From: Chrysemys picta bellii
Taxonomy: Eukaryota
Direction of reading: 5' to 3'
NCBI RefSeq assembly: GCF_011386835.1
Contig: NC_088800.1
Coordinates: forward strand, 86,552,001-86,616,000
DNA length: 64,000 nt
Positions 23,245 through 36,439 of the stretch are shown in pieces. Each line of letters opens with the position of its first letter. Position 1 is the first letter of the stretch. The notes beneath the pieces are model-generated. The model worked only from the letters and a program-made list of their open reading frames with translations. It was not told where the DNA came from and searched no databases. The position numbers were made by a program, and so were the translations under genes.

Positions 23245-23536
23245 TTACTTTAGATTATCAGTGCAAATTCTCCTGTTCGTTTCAGAATCCATCGTATTAC
23301 CCATTGACTTCCCTACTGCCTTGGCTTGTGAATAATGGTACACATACACGCTTCCGTCTTTCTGTCCAGCCAGGAGACAGGAATCTGTGACTGACCACCT
23401 GACCAAAGACCAATTCCCATCCGTGTTTGGTGGAAGTAGAGCAGTACATTGGCCTGAAAATAAGTCCCACACTGCAATTGCTCCAGATGTTAGCACAGCT
23501 GCTGCAGAGACACCCTTCACTTCGCCTTCCAGGTAC
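23245..23536 (-). CDS. PALB2: PALB2 exon 13 (end of WD40 plus C-terminal extension)
   Basis: (R)YLEGEVK...[16 protein letters not shown]...[16 protein letters not shown] plus 27 aa to TAA; acceptor ggttttAG. Confidence 0.93.
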
Positions 23537-23768
23537 CTAAAACCATGCACCGAACAGTTAGTACTCTGCAGAGTTTCTTCATATAAAAAGTCATTACACA
23601 AGATTTTAAAGGTTTTATTTCAGATTTGTTGAGTGTAAAAGAAATAAAAGTCCTCCACATGGAGGAGCCTCTTAAGGAGAAAGAAACCTATTAGAGCGTA
23701 AGCCAATTGTAGGAAACTAAAATATACTGAAGTTATAAGTTGCTTTCATTGCATTTGACCAGGAGAGG

Positions 23769-24467
23769 TAGATTCATAGATTCTAGGACTGGAAGGGACC
23801 TCGAATCCCTGGCAGGACTGGCAGGACCAAATACTGTCTAGACCATCCCTGATAGACATTTATCTAACCTACTCTTAAATATCTCCAGACATGGAGATTC
23901 CACAACCTCCCTAGGCAATTTATTCCAGTGTTTAACCACCCTGACAGTTAGGAACTTTTTCCTAATGTCCAACCTAGACCTCCCTTGCTGCAGTTTAAGC
24001 CCGTTGCTTCTTGTTCTATCCTTAGAGGCTAAGGTGAACAAGTTTTCTCCCTCCTCCTTATGACACCCTTTTAGATACCTGAAAACTGCTATCATGTCCC
24101 CTCTCAGTCTTCTCTTTTCCAAACTAAACAAACCCAATTCCTTCAGCCTTCCTTCATAGGTCATGTTCTCAAGACCTTTAATCATTCTTGTTGCTCTTCT
24201 CTGGATCCTTTCCAATTTCTCCAAATCTTTCTTGAAATGCGGTGCCCAGAACTGGACACAATACTTCAACTGAGGCCTAACCAGAGCAGAGTAGAGCGGA
24301 AGAATGACTTCTCGTGTCTTGCTCACAACACACTTGTTAATACATCCCAGAATCATGTTTGCTTTTTTTGCAACAGCATCACACTGTTGACTCATATTTA
24401 GCTTGTGGTCCACTATAACCCCTAGATCCCTTTCTGCCGTACTCCTTCCTAGACAGTCTCTTCCCAT
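23769..24467 (-). mobile_element. CR1 LINE, 5'-truncated, young (PALB2 intron 12)
   Basis: Uninterrupted ORF2 C-terminus (ORF 23838..24494: [18 protein letters not shown]...[12 protein letters not shown]), 3' tail ..ATCTATGAATC; possible AGGAGA TSD. Confidence 0.9.
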
Positions 24468-25133
24468 TAGGAGACAATTGTTAAGTGTTACCACGTTCTA
24501 AAGCCTCAATCTGCAAACACACAACTGTGTAACTTTTCTTATGCATATAACTGTTTGGAGGATTGGAGACAATGTCTTATTCTCCAGATTTAAGATCTTG
24601 GAAAGATCACCTAGCTCCATATGGCAATCTAATACTAAGTAAATGTACTTACATCTAGAGATAAGACTCTCAAACCATTTTAAGCATTTACAGTGTTAAT
24701 TTGCCTAAATTTTCCCAGAGGTTTTGCCTTTGGATTCAGAAATTACAGCTTCAGTTACAGAATCTCTCCTCCCACAAACATTTTGTGAAAGTAAATAGAG
24801 TGTGAAGTCTGCAAGGGAGCAATTCCCTGGCTTGAACACAGGGCTTTCTTACACAGAGCTCCCTGGTGCACCAGGACACAGGGAGCTCAGAGGTTAGCTC
24901 ACAGACATGTGCGGGAAGCAGACAGGAAATGGACAACACCCTCACTGTGATCTGTATATACAAAAGTTGAAGTGACTTATCACAACCTCACTATCATCAG
25001 CTAGCAAATGGCCCCTCACAGCTTGCCAGCTTTTTGGCTCTCCCACGGACTCCTTTTATCATTTAACGATTCCAGGTCTCTGCTTAAAAAAATAGTCTAA
25101 GAAATACATGTGCATTATTCCTGGGGTACTTGC

Positions 25134-25282
25134 CTTCCGCTGTGTCCAGGGGGGAGGGAGAAGAACATTACCCCAGTACTTCTGGCTGTTTTGGGATTGA
25201 ACACTCTCATCCGGAATGCAGGGTTTCCACAGGACTCATTCTCTTTGGCATGTGGGTGACTTAAAACAACAAACAGGAGGCC
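25134..25282 (-). CDS. PALB2: PALB2 exon 12 (GC donor)
   Basis: GLLFVVLSHPHAKENE...FNPKTARSTGVMFFSLPPGHSG(R); 149 nt; donor AG|GCAAGT. Confidence 0.92.
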
Positions 25283-26355
25283 CTGATTTACAAAGGAAAA
25301 ATAGGTCACTAGAGTGAATGTTAAGAGAAAAACAATAACAAGCTGTTTTTTTCCAATCAATCATTGGTAAATTCTCTCCTGTAATCAGAACCCCATGTCA
25401 GCTGATGCTGTAAGCAGTAAGAATTTACCACTCCTGGTATTTATCAAATTAAATACAAACAAATGCAGGAGCTGCTGGGAGGCTGGTTGATTAGGATTTA
25501 TTTGGTGCAGTGGAATGACAGGTCAGTGACACAATGAATTTATGCACTTCTTTTTCAGCTCAGAATAGCTAACATCAAATCAGGATTAACTCACACAGAA
25601 AATAAGTTTGTTGGTCTCAATCTAGTCATTTATTCACATAACAAAACTACTGCACAATTAGACATGACTGGGAGCTTCTGCTTAAGGCAAGGCCAGGCTG
25701 AGAGTCAGATCTTGAAGAATCCCCCACTGGTCTGGCTCAAGCCAGTACTATTAATCCACACATTCATAAGCACTAAATTTACACACCCACAGGATTAAAG
25801 GTTCACTGAGATGAACCCCAGTCAAGAATCCTAAGAATGCAAGTGGGCAAAGGAATCATGGCAGAGGTGCTAATGAATGGGAAAATCCATCAGAATTAGA
25901 ACTAAGACTTTGTACACAAATTTGTGTGTTTAGATCAAGTTCTGAGTGTTTGGGGTATGTGTAATTATTAAATAATTGTAGTGTTACAAGGATGAGGCTG
26001 TGCCATCAGCGTGGCTGGAGCTAGCCATTAGTAAATTGGGAAAGATTAACTGTGCAATCACATCAATCAATGATAGTTCTAAAACACACACACAAAATGT
26101 TTTGGCAGCTGTTTTTGAACCTACTGTGGTGTGTTACTCTTTTGCTTACCAATATATCTGTGAAAAGAACAAGAAATTCAGAAAAGTGATTCAACCTCTT
26201 CCTCACAATCTAACTCCGTTTTCCTTTAATTTTCTTAGTGGACCTGAACACAACAGGTCCTTAAATCCAGGAGCCTCTTTTAGACAACTGCACCTTTGAA
26301 CCCCAGTCACAGGCACTCCTGGCACAAATAGAATGACACCATCTCACATACATAC

Positions 26356-26443
26356 AGAGTCAGAATAGACGCGATGGCAGATTGAAGCAGGATAGGAATA
26401 ACCAAAGTGCATCTTTTTCAGAATCTGGCCAGTTTTCAAGTTC
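26356..26443 (-). CDS. PALB2: PALB2 exon 11
   Basis: (W)[29 protein letters not shown]; 88 nt; AG/GTATGT. Confidence 0.95.
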
Positions 26444-26901
26444 CTGCAGAAAATGGAAACAGATAATTTGACTGTTTTATAATCCTCTTATTTGTATTTA
26501 TTCTTTAGACTGCAGTAGCACCAGTGAGCAAGGCACTGTCCAAACAAATGACTACTCCAAAAAGGTGGTAGACAACGGGTGAGGGAAAGGGATGCAACAT
26601 ACAAGTGCCGTGAGCAGCGCTGGGATAGCAGCACGGCCCGTTAGCTATATGTTTATCTAGATTTATAAAAATAAATCAGAAAAAAAGTTCTGTTCCAGGC
26701 TCTAGGGCCCCTTGACAATGGATTTAAAATAATTAACAACTTAAGGACAAACCAGCAGCAAACTCCACCACATAGGATCTGTAACTAGCTAATACAGCCA
26801 AAATCACTATACATCCTCTCTTCCCTCTGTATCATCCCACAAGCAACAGTCCCTCCCCAAAAACCCTAGTGATATAGTGTAATCTCAGAGGAAGCACTTA
26901 C

Positions 26902-27018
26902 CAAACAACAAGGCTGTTCACTGCAGTTGTGCCAACCAAAGCGTCTCTAATCCCTTCTACCTCAGCAAAAGCCAGAATGGTTTCTTCTGGGGGCATCAAA
27001 GTCTGCCTCTCATTGCTT
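26902..27018 (-). CDS. PALB2: PALB2 exon 10
   Basis: [38 protein letters not shown](W); 117 nt. Confidence 0.95.
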
Positions 27019-27224
27019 CTGGGGAGAACATGAACATAAACAGTAGATGGGAAAAAACTCTCAGAATTCAATACACAAGAGAATCGTTCACACGCAGCAA
27101 TATTCCAGAAAGGACAGCATACGATCCCCTTGGCACCACAGATACCACTGCCCAGCCTTTGTGACATCTCCTGAGGGCTCTCCCATCCCCATACTGAAAA
27201 CACCACAAATATCAGACTGCTTAC

Positions 27225-27386
27225 CTTCCTGCCTCCGAAACTGAGATTATCTCGATTTGCTGGTCTTGAAGTGTCCCACTACTACTGACCAGCCTCCTGT
27301 TTGTCAGACCAAGAACAGCTTTTATGTTCCCGGTTTTCACTAGGGACTGCTTTAAGGAGCCGTCTTCAGAAGAACAAAGCAAGAGC
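27225..27386 (-). CDS. PALB2: PALB2 exon 9
   Basis: [47 protein letters not shown]; 162 nt. Confidence 0.95.
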
Positions 27387-27748
27387 CTAAACCAAATCAG
27401 AACAGAAAGCTACATCATAATGAAGGCGAAGGAAATGGAACCCAAATCTGGCCTTCTGTAGCACATAGAAACGACTGTGTTTCGAAGTGGTCATACCTGC
27501 ACCAATGTGAGGAAATAAGGAGTAAGAGAATTCTTGTAGATAGTTGATTTTTTGCCTTTACTCAGATATTTTCAAAAATGCTTTAATATTTGCAAGACCA
27601 CTTAAAACTGACATATCAGCAAAAGACTACTTCAGCCTCTGGGCAAGAGAAGAGGTCAAGTAACACAAAATTATCTGCAGTCAAGCTGGAGAAATCAGGT
27701 TGGAAATGTTCAGTATGCAATAAAAAGCACACACCCAGAAACATTCAC

Positions 27749-27834
27749 CTTATTTCTCCAATCTCCAGATCTCCCAAGGCAACACACACAAGATTACAGA
27801 CATCTGGCAAGGGAACAATTTGTATTACTGGAAT
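27749..27834 (-). CDS. PALB2: PALB2 exon 8
   Basis: [28 protein letters not shown](R); 86 nt. Confidence 0.95.
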
Positions 27835-28408
27835 CTGTGAAGGCAAAGGACAGGGATTTAGTTAGGGACACCCATAAGCTCCTTCTCAGTTTGACTTTCT
27901 CCCCATTATCAAGAAAAGACTGCATTGTTTGCAGGACCATGACTTATTTTCTCAGTCTTCAAAAGAAATAGTTAGATGCAGCAGAGAATCAACAATCATC
28001 AAATCTGTCCTTAATCTAAACAAAGAGCCAATGATCTTTGGGGAGATAAGAGGAGACGTCAAAAGAAGTTGAGGAGTTTAAGGACATAAAGAGGACACCA
28101 AGAAGTCATGCTGCTGTACAATCAACATCCAGTATGTGGAGATCTATACAATCGTAAAGAACTAAAATTTAATATGAAATTGAATTGTTCAAAATATTTG
28201 TGCCAAATTCTTAGCTGGTGCAAATCCAGTTGCTTAGCTGACTTCAGTGGAGCTACACCAACATGTGCCAACTAAGGATCTGGCCCACTATGTGTAAGAA
28301 AATGTACATTCCCCCTTGTGAGTCTACAGGGTGTGTGTGTCTTCAGAAGTGGCCCAATACTGCTAGAAAACTGCCTCGAAGTGAAGAAGAAACTTCTGTG
28401 TACTCTAC

Positions 28409-28570
28409 CTCTGTAAGGTGCCAGGTGTACACCTTGCTCCACTGGTTGGAAGCCAGAGGTTTCCACAGGGAAATGGAAGTCTCACAAGCAGTTACGATAC
28501 ACAGCTCTGTGCAGCCAGCTGATTCCCACCAGACAGTGCTCACGTCCACAGCACAAGAACTTGAGGGGTT
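28409..28570 (-). CDS. PALB2: PALB2 exon 7
   Basis: NPSSSCAVDVSTVWWESAGC...LWKPLASNQWSKVYTWHLTE; 162 nt. Confidence 0.95.
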
Positions 28571-29892
28571 CTGCTCAAAACAAAACAGTGTTGAAGTTAT
28601 TCCAACAACTACGGATATTCAGCCTGGAGATTCAGGTTAACTCTTGCATGAAATCACTTCCAGAGTGCCAGTGTGATAGAGATTTGGAGTTGGGGGTTAG
28701 TGCCTTAGATTTTGACTTCGGAGTCCTGGCTCCCAATGCCAGTTAGGCCATAAGGAAAAAGAGTTTGGTGGTTTCGTCCTAGAAGTAATGGATATCTATC
28801 CATCCACCCACAGCACAAAACCACCTGCCATTTGTACACAACAGAGAGCCTGCAAAGGTGGATCCAAGACCTGAAACACAAGGGGCATCAGGGCTGAGGT
28901 ACAGTAGCCAAGCTGTATGATGAAGCTTGCACACCACCTGCTTGTACCCAGTACTGCTATTTGCCTCATGGTCACAGGCAGCAGGGGAGAGGCTGCAGAT
29001 AACACAGATCTCGTAGGATCACTGTAGACAAGGTTTAATTTTAAACAGGCGGCAGCATTTTTCTTCATCCTTGTAATGAAACATTTGGATCCAAACTGTA
29101 TTATTTTTGGTTGGCGGTGCAGGGTTTGGTTCCAAGGCCTAGAGATGACCCAACTTCTGCAAGTTCCATTGCAGCTTTAGAGTTCAGTGGACTTCTCCAC
29201 AGCTGTCACTGCCCTGCCCCCCAACTGTTCTCTACCCCCTACAAGACATAAAAGGCACGGGGACAGTGAGGAGAGACCATGTGAGAGGGAGATCGGATAG
29301 CTCAGCTGTGCAAACAACCTCACTTGTGGCACACAAATGCATCAAACGCCAAATTCAGCTCCAAGCAGGCGTGAATGTCAGCATGCTCTAGACCTAACAT
29401 CATTGACTCAGTAAGGAGCAACCTCAAATAACCTTCAGAGATGGAGGGAGGAGACAGGAGAACAATGAAGCACTGCCGCCACACAGTCTGCAACGCTTGG
29501 GGAAGCAGTAGAGAAGCAAGAATCAGGCAACCATTTTCCCTGAGGCTGAACAGCAGTGTCTGTGTTCTGTCTGTTGATACATTTGCAGTTGTTGAGACAC
29601 TTCCGTGTTTGGGATTTTTGTGTGCGTTTGCTCTTCAGTTATACACAGATGCACTGGAGTTTGACTCAAGCTCTTTAGTTGCTTTTTGTGAAAGACCACG
29701 TGGGGATTGAGTGATTATGGGCAGGGTCTATTATTTTTACTAGTCTATTTTGTTTTACATCATTTATATTCGTTTAATTGTGCTTTTATTTAGACTTCAG
29801 ATAAACACATTTTAAAAGTCTCAGTAAATAAAGAAATACTTTGTATTTAAAAACTCCATTTGTGGATGTAACTCAAAATATTATTCCCCAAC

Positions 29893-29976
29893 CTTTAGCT
29901 TTGAGGCCAGTTGCAAGCTCCTGTCTCTCAGGTTGTCACTCAGTGCCACGGCCAACTGCTCTGCTGTCAGTTTGTT
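29893..29976 (-). CDS. PALB2: PALB2 exon 6
   Basis: NKLTAEQLAVALSDNLRDRSLQLASKLK (start of WD40); 84 nt, phase 0-0; acceptor tttgtccAG, donor AAG|GTTGGG. Confidence 0.85.
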
Positions 29977-30675
29977 CTGGACAAACAAAAAGCATGGACT
30001 GATTAAATACAATTTCAACAAATTATGCTCCGCATGTACCAGTGCATGTGCAAAAGAGTGCGCTCACTCGACGTCAGATTGCTGGACAGCAGCTTTAAAA
30101 ACATCACTTTTGTACTAGTACATTTTGGAAAACAAAATTCTCTTTATTCTTTATTCTCTGAATTTTCTTTATACCCACTTCAAACCTCCAACCTCCTGGT
30201 TGTTGGAGGTGGGTATAAAGAGTAACCGTGTTTTGTTGACCACCACTCTGGGTACAGTTACTCCTTCCTTTCCCCACTCCCATCTATTACTTTGACTGTT
30301 TTGTTCTCTATTGCTGTCCTTACAGAGTTCCGGCCGAGAGCCTTTCCTAAGGCAGGTCGGCTTTGACCAGGGGCCCAAGAAACATTCAGCTCACTGGCAT
30401 GGTTAGAATTTACCTCCCATAACTAGTAGCAAAGTCCACAGTTCAAGTTTAAGCAAGGGGGATTTTGAAGGATTTGCTCTGCTGCAAGGCTGGGATGGCC
30501 TGGACAAACTCAAACATTTACAAACAGGCAGCTAAGGGAAACCACTGCCTCTGGCTGCACACAGAGCTAGCATGCAGGAAGGCCTTGTCCCTGAACCTGA
30601 ACAGATTTTGGGAAAGATGGCTCACAGATAGAACCACTGCCCTGGTGCTTCCTGGCAGGAAGTCTCTGCTTTTAC

Positions 30676-31448
30676 CTCTGCACTGCAGCACTCCTTGGAA
30701 CCGTTCCCTGGTTGCTGATACTCTTTGAGGGTGACAACTTCATCAGACCTACAGTCAAATCCTGGTCTGCAGCTATCTGAGTGCAATGCACCTGTGGAGT
30801 TATTACACTCCCTCCCATCCACGACATGACTGGCTGGTTCTTTGAAGAGATTCGTTTTCACTTGCAAAGGAAGTACAGAAAGTGTGTCAGGTAAGGTCTC
30901 ATTGTGTACCAGTGACAGGATAGCTGGGGTTGCACCCAGGACAGGGAAAGCAGGTGTGTGAATCTGTGATTCAAGCTGGTTGATTGCACCAGCTGAGACA
31001 GTACTTGCCGGAGTTAGCAGCAATTCTCTTGGAGAAAGCCCCTTCTTGTGCAACTGCCCTTCTAAGTGAGGCTGTTTAGGTGACATCGTCTTTGAAGGAG
31101 AAATAAAGCTATTTTCTAGACTCTTCCCTTCTGTATTCACTTGTTTAAGTCTCGTGTCCCCTAAAGTCACAGTGTCTCCAGCACTCTGGAGCCAGTGTTC
31201 AGACCCTGAAGAAACAAAGGGCTCCAGCTGTTTCACTGTGCCGGATTGTAGTTTCTCAAATTTAAGGAGACCAAACTCCTCATCAGGTAACTGAAAGTCT
31301 TTGATGTCCAGCTTCGAGGGCAGCCACTTGACACTGAGCATCTCATTCTGGAAGTGAAAGGGAGGATCGAAGGCCATAGGATCCAGACCAAGATGGCCTA
31401 GAGGAGTTGGACCTTCCAAGTCCATCTGTTGACTGCGCCCTCTTTTAC
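30676..31448 (-). CDS. PALB2: PALB2 exon 5 (MRG15-binding FQLP motif)
   Basis: Contains IKDFQLPDEEFGLLKFEKL; 773 nt, phase 1-0; donor GAG|GTAAAA chosen on phase. Confidence 0.88.
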
Positions 31449-32299
31449 CTAGAAATAGGAAAGCATGAGAATACAGAACTGAGAACTTAGAAGAGAGACG
31501 GTCACATTGTTGCACAAATACCCAGAAAACATGCAATTCTCTTCTCTCATTTAATGTATTAGAACAAAACCTCTGTCTATTTCACAATAGAAGTAAGATT
31601 TTCCCAGAAAATGCTCCCTCCCCCCAATGATTTTTGTTTCCAGACTTTTGATTGTAAGCTCCCAGGGCAAGGGCTATCTTTATCTGTGCCTTGGACAGTG
31701 CCAAGCACTTTGTAAGCACTTTAAGCACTGCTGATGCCTGGATACTATGGTGACTGATGTCCTAAAAAACTAAGAGAGGGGCACGTCTGTGCAAATCCCA
31801 TCCTTGCACGCATGCACTGAGTACCGTAAGCACGTGACTCGTGCACACCTTGCTCCTGGCCCAAGTATTTTCCACACAGTTCCCCAGCCATTTCTTCTTA
31901 TCTGTTTCACAACAGTGAGCAACCAAGGCCAAGCATGGGAGGAGAAGCTTAAGGATCATAGAAGGCCCAGAAAATGAGCTTTTGAGGTGTTTATTTGCCG
32001 GAAACGCTCTCCTCAATTTTTCTGACTCTAAAATATGGAAAACAAGAGAGGCCATATCTGCAGGAGGATCAACCACAAAAAGGTACTTTAGAAAAAGGTA
32101 CTTCAGCCAGCAAGATAACAGGACATCTAGGTAGCAAAAAAAGCAGGAAGGTAAGTTTAAGGAAAAAAAGAACCAAGGCTAGGCTAAGGACATACAGGAG
32201 CAAGGTACTAGCCCTGTATGGTCTTTCCCTCTCCCCAGTACTTAAGTTCTAGCTTTAGGGAACTCTCTGATTTTTCCAAGCAACAATTCAGTCAGGTAC

Positions 32300-34183
32300 C
32301 TTTAGATCCTTGCCTCACTTTACGTTTCACAGAAGAAGTTGGGAGATCGTGCTGAGGTAGAGATTCTTTAACTGTTGGCAGCTGCTCAGCCCTGCAGACT
32401 TTCTGCACACACTGATTCCTAATGTGTCCCACTGGCTGTTTATCAGCCTGACTCACGTTTACATTGGCTTCCAGATCTCGTGTGGGGCTGGGGAAAGCTT
32501 CATCCCATGGATTTAAGAAACTATTTCCTTGGAGTGGATTTTGAATATGTTCTAATGGAGGCTGATGGCATTTGCTGAATGTTTGGCTTCCATCAGGAAG
32601 ATCAGCCTCAGTTGGCCACATAACGTCTATCATTTCCGCTTCTGGAGCCTCACCAGCTGCAGGGACAATCACCCTTGTTTTGCATATAGGTGACCTCTCA
32701 GGGTCACCCTCACAGTTTTCCTTTTCACATTGAGAATCATTTGACAAGAGATGACTGTTTTCCTTTAGCACTTTGAGATCTGAAGTCTCAGGACGTGCTT
32801 GTGACCCATTCAGTGCAGGTCTGCAGGTAGAACCCCATCTGCCCCTTCCTCTCCTCCAGGATTTTCCCTTAGCTTGTTTCGTACTAATAACAGTCTTCTG
32901 AGAAAGAGAACCATTGGAGGTGCTGCTCTCATCTGATGGAGGGAGAGATTTCTGAGAACTACTTGAACTCACTGGGTCACTCTCTGCACCTAGAAAAGGG
33001 AAGGGAGTGCCTCTTGCCTGCACATCACTTCTGGTGGTTTCTTGGTAGAGCTGATCTGAATTTATCTGCTTTTGTTTACTTCGCAGCCCTTTCCTGCTCC
33101 TGCCCAACTGGCTGAGAATGACAGCCTCCAGGTCTACTTTCCTCTGGCAATTAGACATACGCCGAGTTGTCCTAACATAATATTCTACAGGAAAGAGAAG
33201 TCCTTCAATCATTGTGCAAGAGCTCAGTGCGCTTTCTGCTGCAGGAGGAGTCTTCTCTAGGACAGGAGACCCTGCTTCAGTCTGAGCCTCTTGATTCCCC
33301 AAAGCTTCTTCAACATTATCCAGAAGAGACTCAGTGTTCAGAGGACTTGAGCTATTGGCCTCATTGTGGTTTCTTTCGTTATGGGGTCTGCTTTCACTAA
33401 TGCTAGGGTTGCTTCTGCCTGCCGGGGATGATTGATTATCTGCGGTTAAATCCAAGGCCCTACACAACTCTTCCCGATCCATCTGGTTTTCTATACAGGC
33501 AAGTTCTTTTCCTGTATTCTCAATGTTTTCCAGTGAAACAGGGATATCACTCACTAAACACTGGGGCAGTGGCTCATAGCTATCACAGATGTCCTCAGCA
33601 CATGGAGAGACAGGCTGCTGAACGTTATTGCCATCCATCGACATGTATGAAAGTGGTTTGGGGACACTCAGAAATACATTCTCTTCAGGCATTTCCTGCA
33701 AATCTCCTACCTGTGGCTCTTGAGGCGTTAAACCTTTTTCTTCCCTCACAATGACCGGCCTGGGGGGCTTCTGAATTTTATTCTTGGTGTTTGAGATGGT
33801 GTTCCTCCCCTTGAATACTGGTGACCCAGGCTCCTCTGTACTGGCCATTTGATTTTCCAACGTTTCCCCAGCACTGATTGGTGGCACTTCACAAGCTGAT
33901 TCTCTCCCCTCTGAGACCAAAGTCATTCTACTCCTTGGCAGTTGGTTTTGGTTCTCCTCAATAACAGATCTCATGAGGTCAGAGGGGATATTTTCTGGGT
34001 CACTATTTGTGCTTTCTGCCAATGAATTTTCCTGCAAGTTAACTTCATTGTTGAAGAATTCAGGCTCAAGTTTAAACGTGACAGACATTTTTTTCTCAGT
34101 GCCTGAGTCAGAACAGGTATTGGTCTGTAACCGACATGTTCCAGGTTTATTGCCACCATTGGGAGACTGTTTATCCATCAGTT
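32300..34183 (-). CDS. PALB2: PALB2 exon 4 (contains ChAM)
   Basis: Contains LFPVEYYVRTTRRMSNCQRKV (chromatin-association motif); 1884 nt, phase 1-1. Confidence 0.93.
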
Positions 34184-35006
34184 CTGTGGAGACAAATGCG
34201 ATTTGTGAAGAGCATTCCCGCAGAAAAATCCCACTAAGACAGGAGGCAACAAAGCAAAACCAGAGACAATTTTAGCAAAAATGGCAAACTAAGGGTTCTG
34301 CAAAAATAATTCCACGACATTTTATATTTCAGCCAAGAAAATAAAGCAGACACACCATATGATGCTCAGTTTACTAAGCATACACCAAATGAATACATGC
34401 TTAATAAGAAATGATGCTTCTAGAAACTAGGTGGTACAATGTGTTAATCTACTGGTCTTTCATCTCTGAAGACCTTTCTTGAGCCTGAAAAGGAACTGAG
34501 ATGGATAGTTTCATCCTTATCACTATCAGGCAAGCACAAACATATCAGCACAAATGGAAGACTCTGCCCAACACTAGAACAGAGGTGGTAACACCAGGCT
34601 CAAGAAGCACTGGCAAATGGGGGTAGGACTGTAATTAGGGATGATAGTGTGGGTCATGATTTAGGGGTATTGTCAGAGCCACATATTGTGTGCCTAGGGG
34701 TAAGGCAACAATTGAATAAAGGGACAATTCAAGTCAGAATTTTCATGAGTGTCAGCAGAGCTGGGAAGCACCCTAGGACTGTGGTATCACATTGTGCCAT
34801 AGGTCAGGACTGAGGTGCATAGGGAGAAGTAGGCGGTAAATCAGAGTTGGCACCTAAGTCTTGACATGCAACACATACTAGACTATATTATACTACTTCT
34901 ATACTATACTGAACTGCAGTGTGGGATCACACAGCTCTATTCATAAGGCCAAAAAGTTAAAGAAAGAAAGAATCACGTCTCATCAGGTTATATTTTGAAC
35001 TGTTAC

Positions 35007-35106
35007 CTGTGGTATTATTCTCCGTTTCCTCTTGCCTAAGCAATCGATTTTGTTCTGCAACCGTTTTCTTAACATGATTTTTAACCCTCTCAGCTCTTTG
35101 TGCACG
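35007..35106 (-). CDS. PALB2: PALB2 exon 3
   Basis: RAQRAERVKNHVKKTVAEQNRLLRQEETENNTT; 100 nt, phase 0-1. Confidence 0.93.
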
Positions 35107-35280
35107 CTGTTAAAACAACAAATCAATGACTCAGCATTTCATTGTCTGCACTATTTTTTTTTTTTTTAAGAATAAACGTCATCTCCCAAAATCTCAGCAC
35201 CTTTCACCAAATTTATCATTCAGAAACACAAGAGTCAGGCAAACCTAATAATTCAGGATTAAACAATGGTGCTTACCTAC

Positions 35281-35340
35281 CTGTAACCTGTTGAATGTTT
35301 TGCTGTATTCTCTTTTCAGGAAGGCTAACTTTTCTTTCAG
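35281..35340 (-). CDS. PALB2: PALB2 exon 2 (BRCA1-binding coiled coil)
   Basis: LKEKLAFLKREYSKTFNRLQ; 60 nt. Confidence 0.96.
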
Positions 35341-35539
35341 CTAGAAAACAAAGATGACACATCACAGACATTACACGATGCCAACAGTAAGTAAAAACTG
35401 AACCAGGGCCTAGAATTGTGCAGTGACATTTTAAACCTAGAAAATTCATACACCCAGACACTCAAGCATCCTGAGAAATATTAAAGCTTCATTGCCCAAG
35501 ACCAGTGCTTAGTTCTCAGGCCTCTGTCCCAATCTTCTT

Positions 35540-35820
35540 ATTCACTACTCTGACCACGTCAGACCATCTTCAAATCCCTCTACTAGCCTCCCATACCAAG
35601 CCATATCTTTTTATCCTCACCTACAAGGCCCTGTACAATGCCATTTCTGCGTGTACACCTTCTTCCTCAACACCCCAACTCATCTGTGACCTTTGCCTCT
35701 TCTTGCCTTCAGGTCTTTCTCCATCCCACACCTTCTACTTGGAACTCTCTCCCATTCTGAGTGCCAAAGGGCATCCTTCTCTATTAAAATTCCCCTTTAC
35801 AAGCAACTGCTTCTGGGAGG
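35540..35820 (+). mobile_element. Possible old L2 LINE 3' fragment
   Basis: Pyrimidine-rich, L2-like ctacaaggccctgtacaat segment; recognised by eye only. Confidence 0.35.
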
Positions 35821-36439
35821 TATTTCAGCAATAAGCCATTGTGTACTGTAGAGAAACTGTAGTAACTCACAATTGAGATCTGAATTGTTCCATTATAAGG
35901 CTGATTTTTACACATCCAATTGCTCAACTTTACCAGAATTAACAAATCCATCTGAAAATTGCCCTGCAAGATCCAATGGAATGGTAGAAGCTTCCTGGGA
36001 AGCTTGAGGAGGACTGACTGAGGTATTCACAAGATAACGGAGATCCGAAAATGAGGTGGGCCAACTTTCTGAAATATTTCCTAATACTGTTTTGCCCCTT
36101 CACAGCTCAAAACCAGCTTGAGCTAGAAGTGCCAAATTTGATTTGTTGAGCTGGTCTCTTTGAGAAGGACAGAAGGTTTCTTCATGATTAAAGGGGAGGA
36201 CCTGCTTAGTCCCACTGCCCACACAATACAAAGGCTTGGGCTCCAGAGTTTTCAAACTCTGAACCAGCCAGAATGGCAGCCTCTGAAACTGTCACATGTA
36301 GTTCCAAACACCCGAAGGCTCATGTTAGAACTGCCACATCATGTGCATCTTAGGATGTCCTTAGCCCAGGCTGCAAGCAAATTTCACATAAATATTTTCC
36401 CATGTTAAGCCATAATGGGCTTAAATTGCCAATGGGCTT

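Noticed and set aside
23838-24494. 218-aa ORF as a host gene
   Set aside because: It is the CR1 ORF2 C-terminus with a CR1 3' tail
30622-30675. Extension of PALB2 exon 5 to the ORF stop (VKAETSCQEAPGQWFYL*)
   Set aside because: The phase 0 donor GAG|GTAAAA at 30675 joins exon 6 in frame; the remainder is intronic
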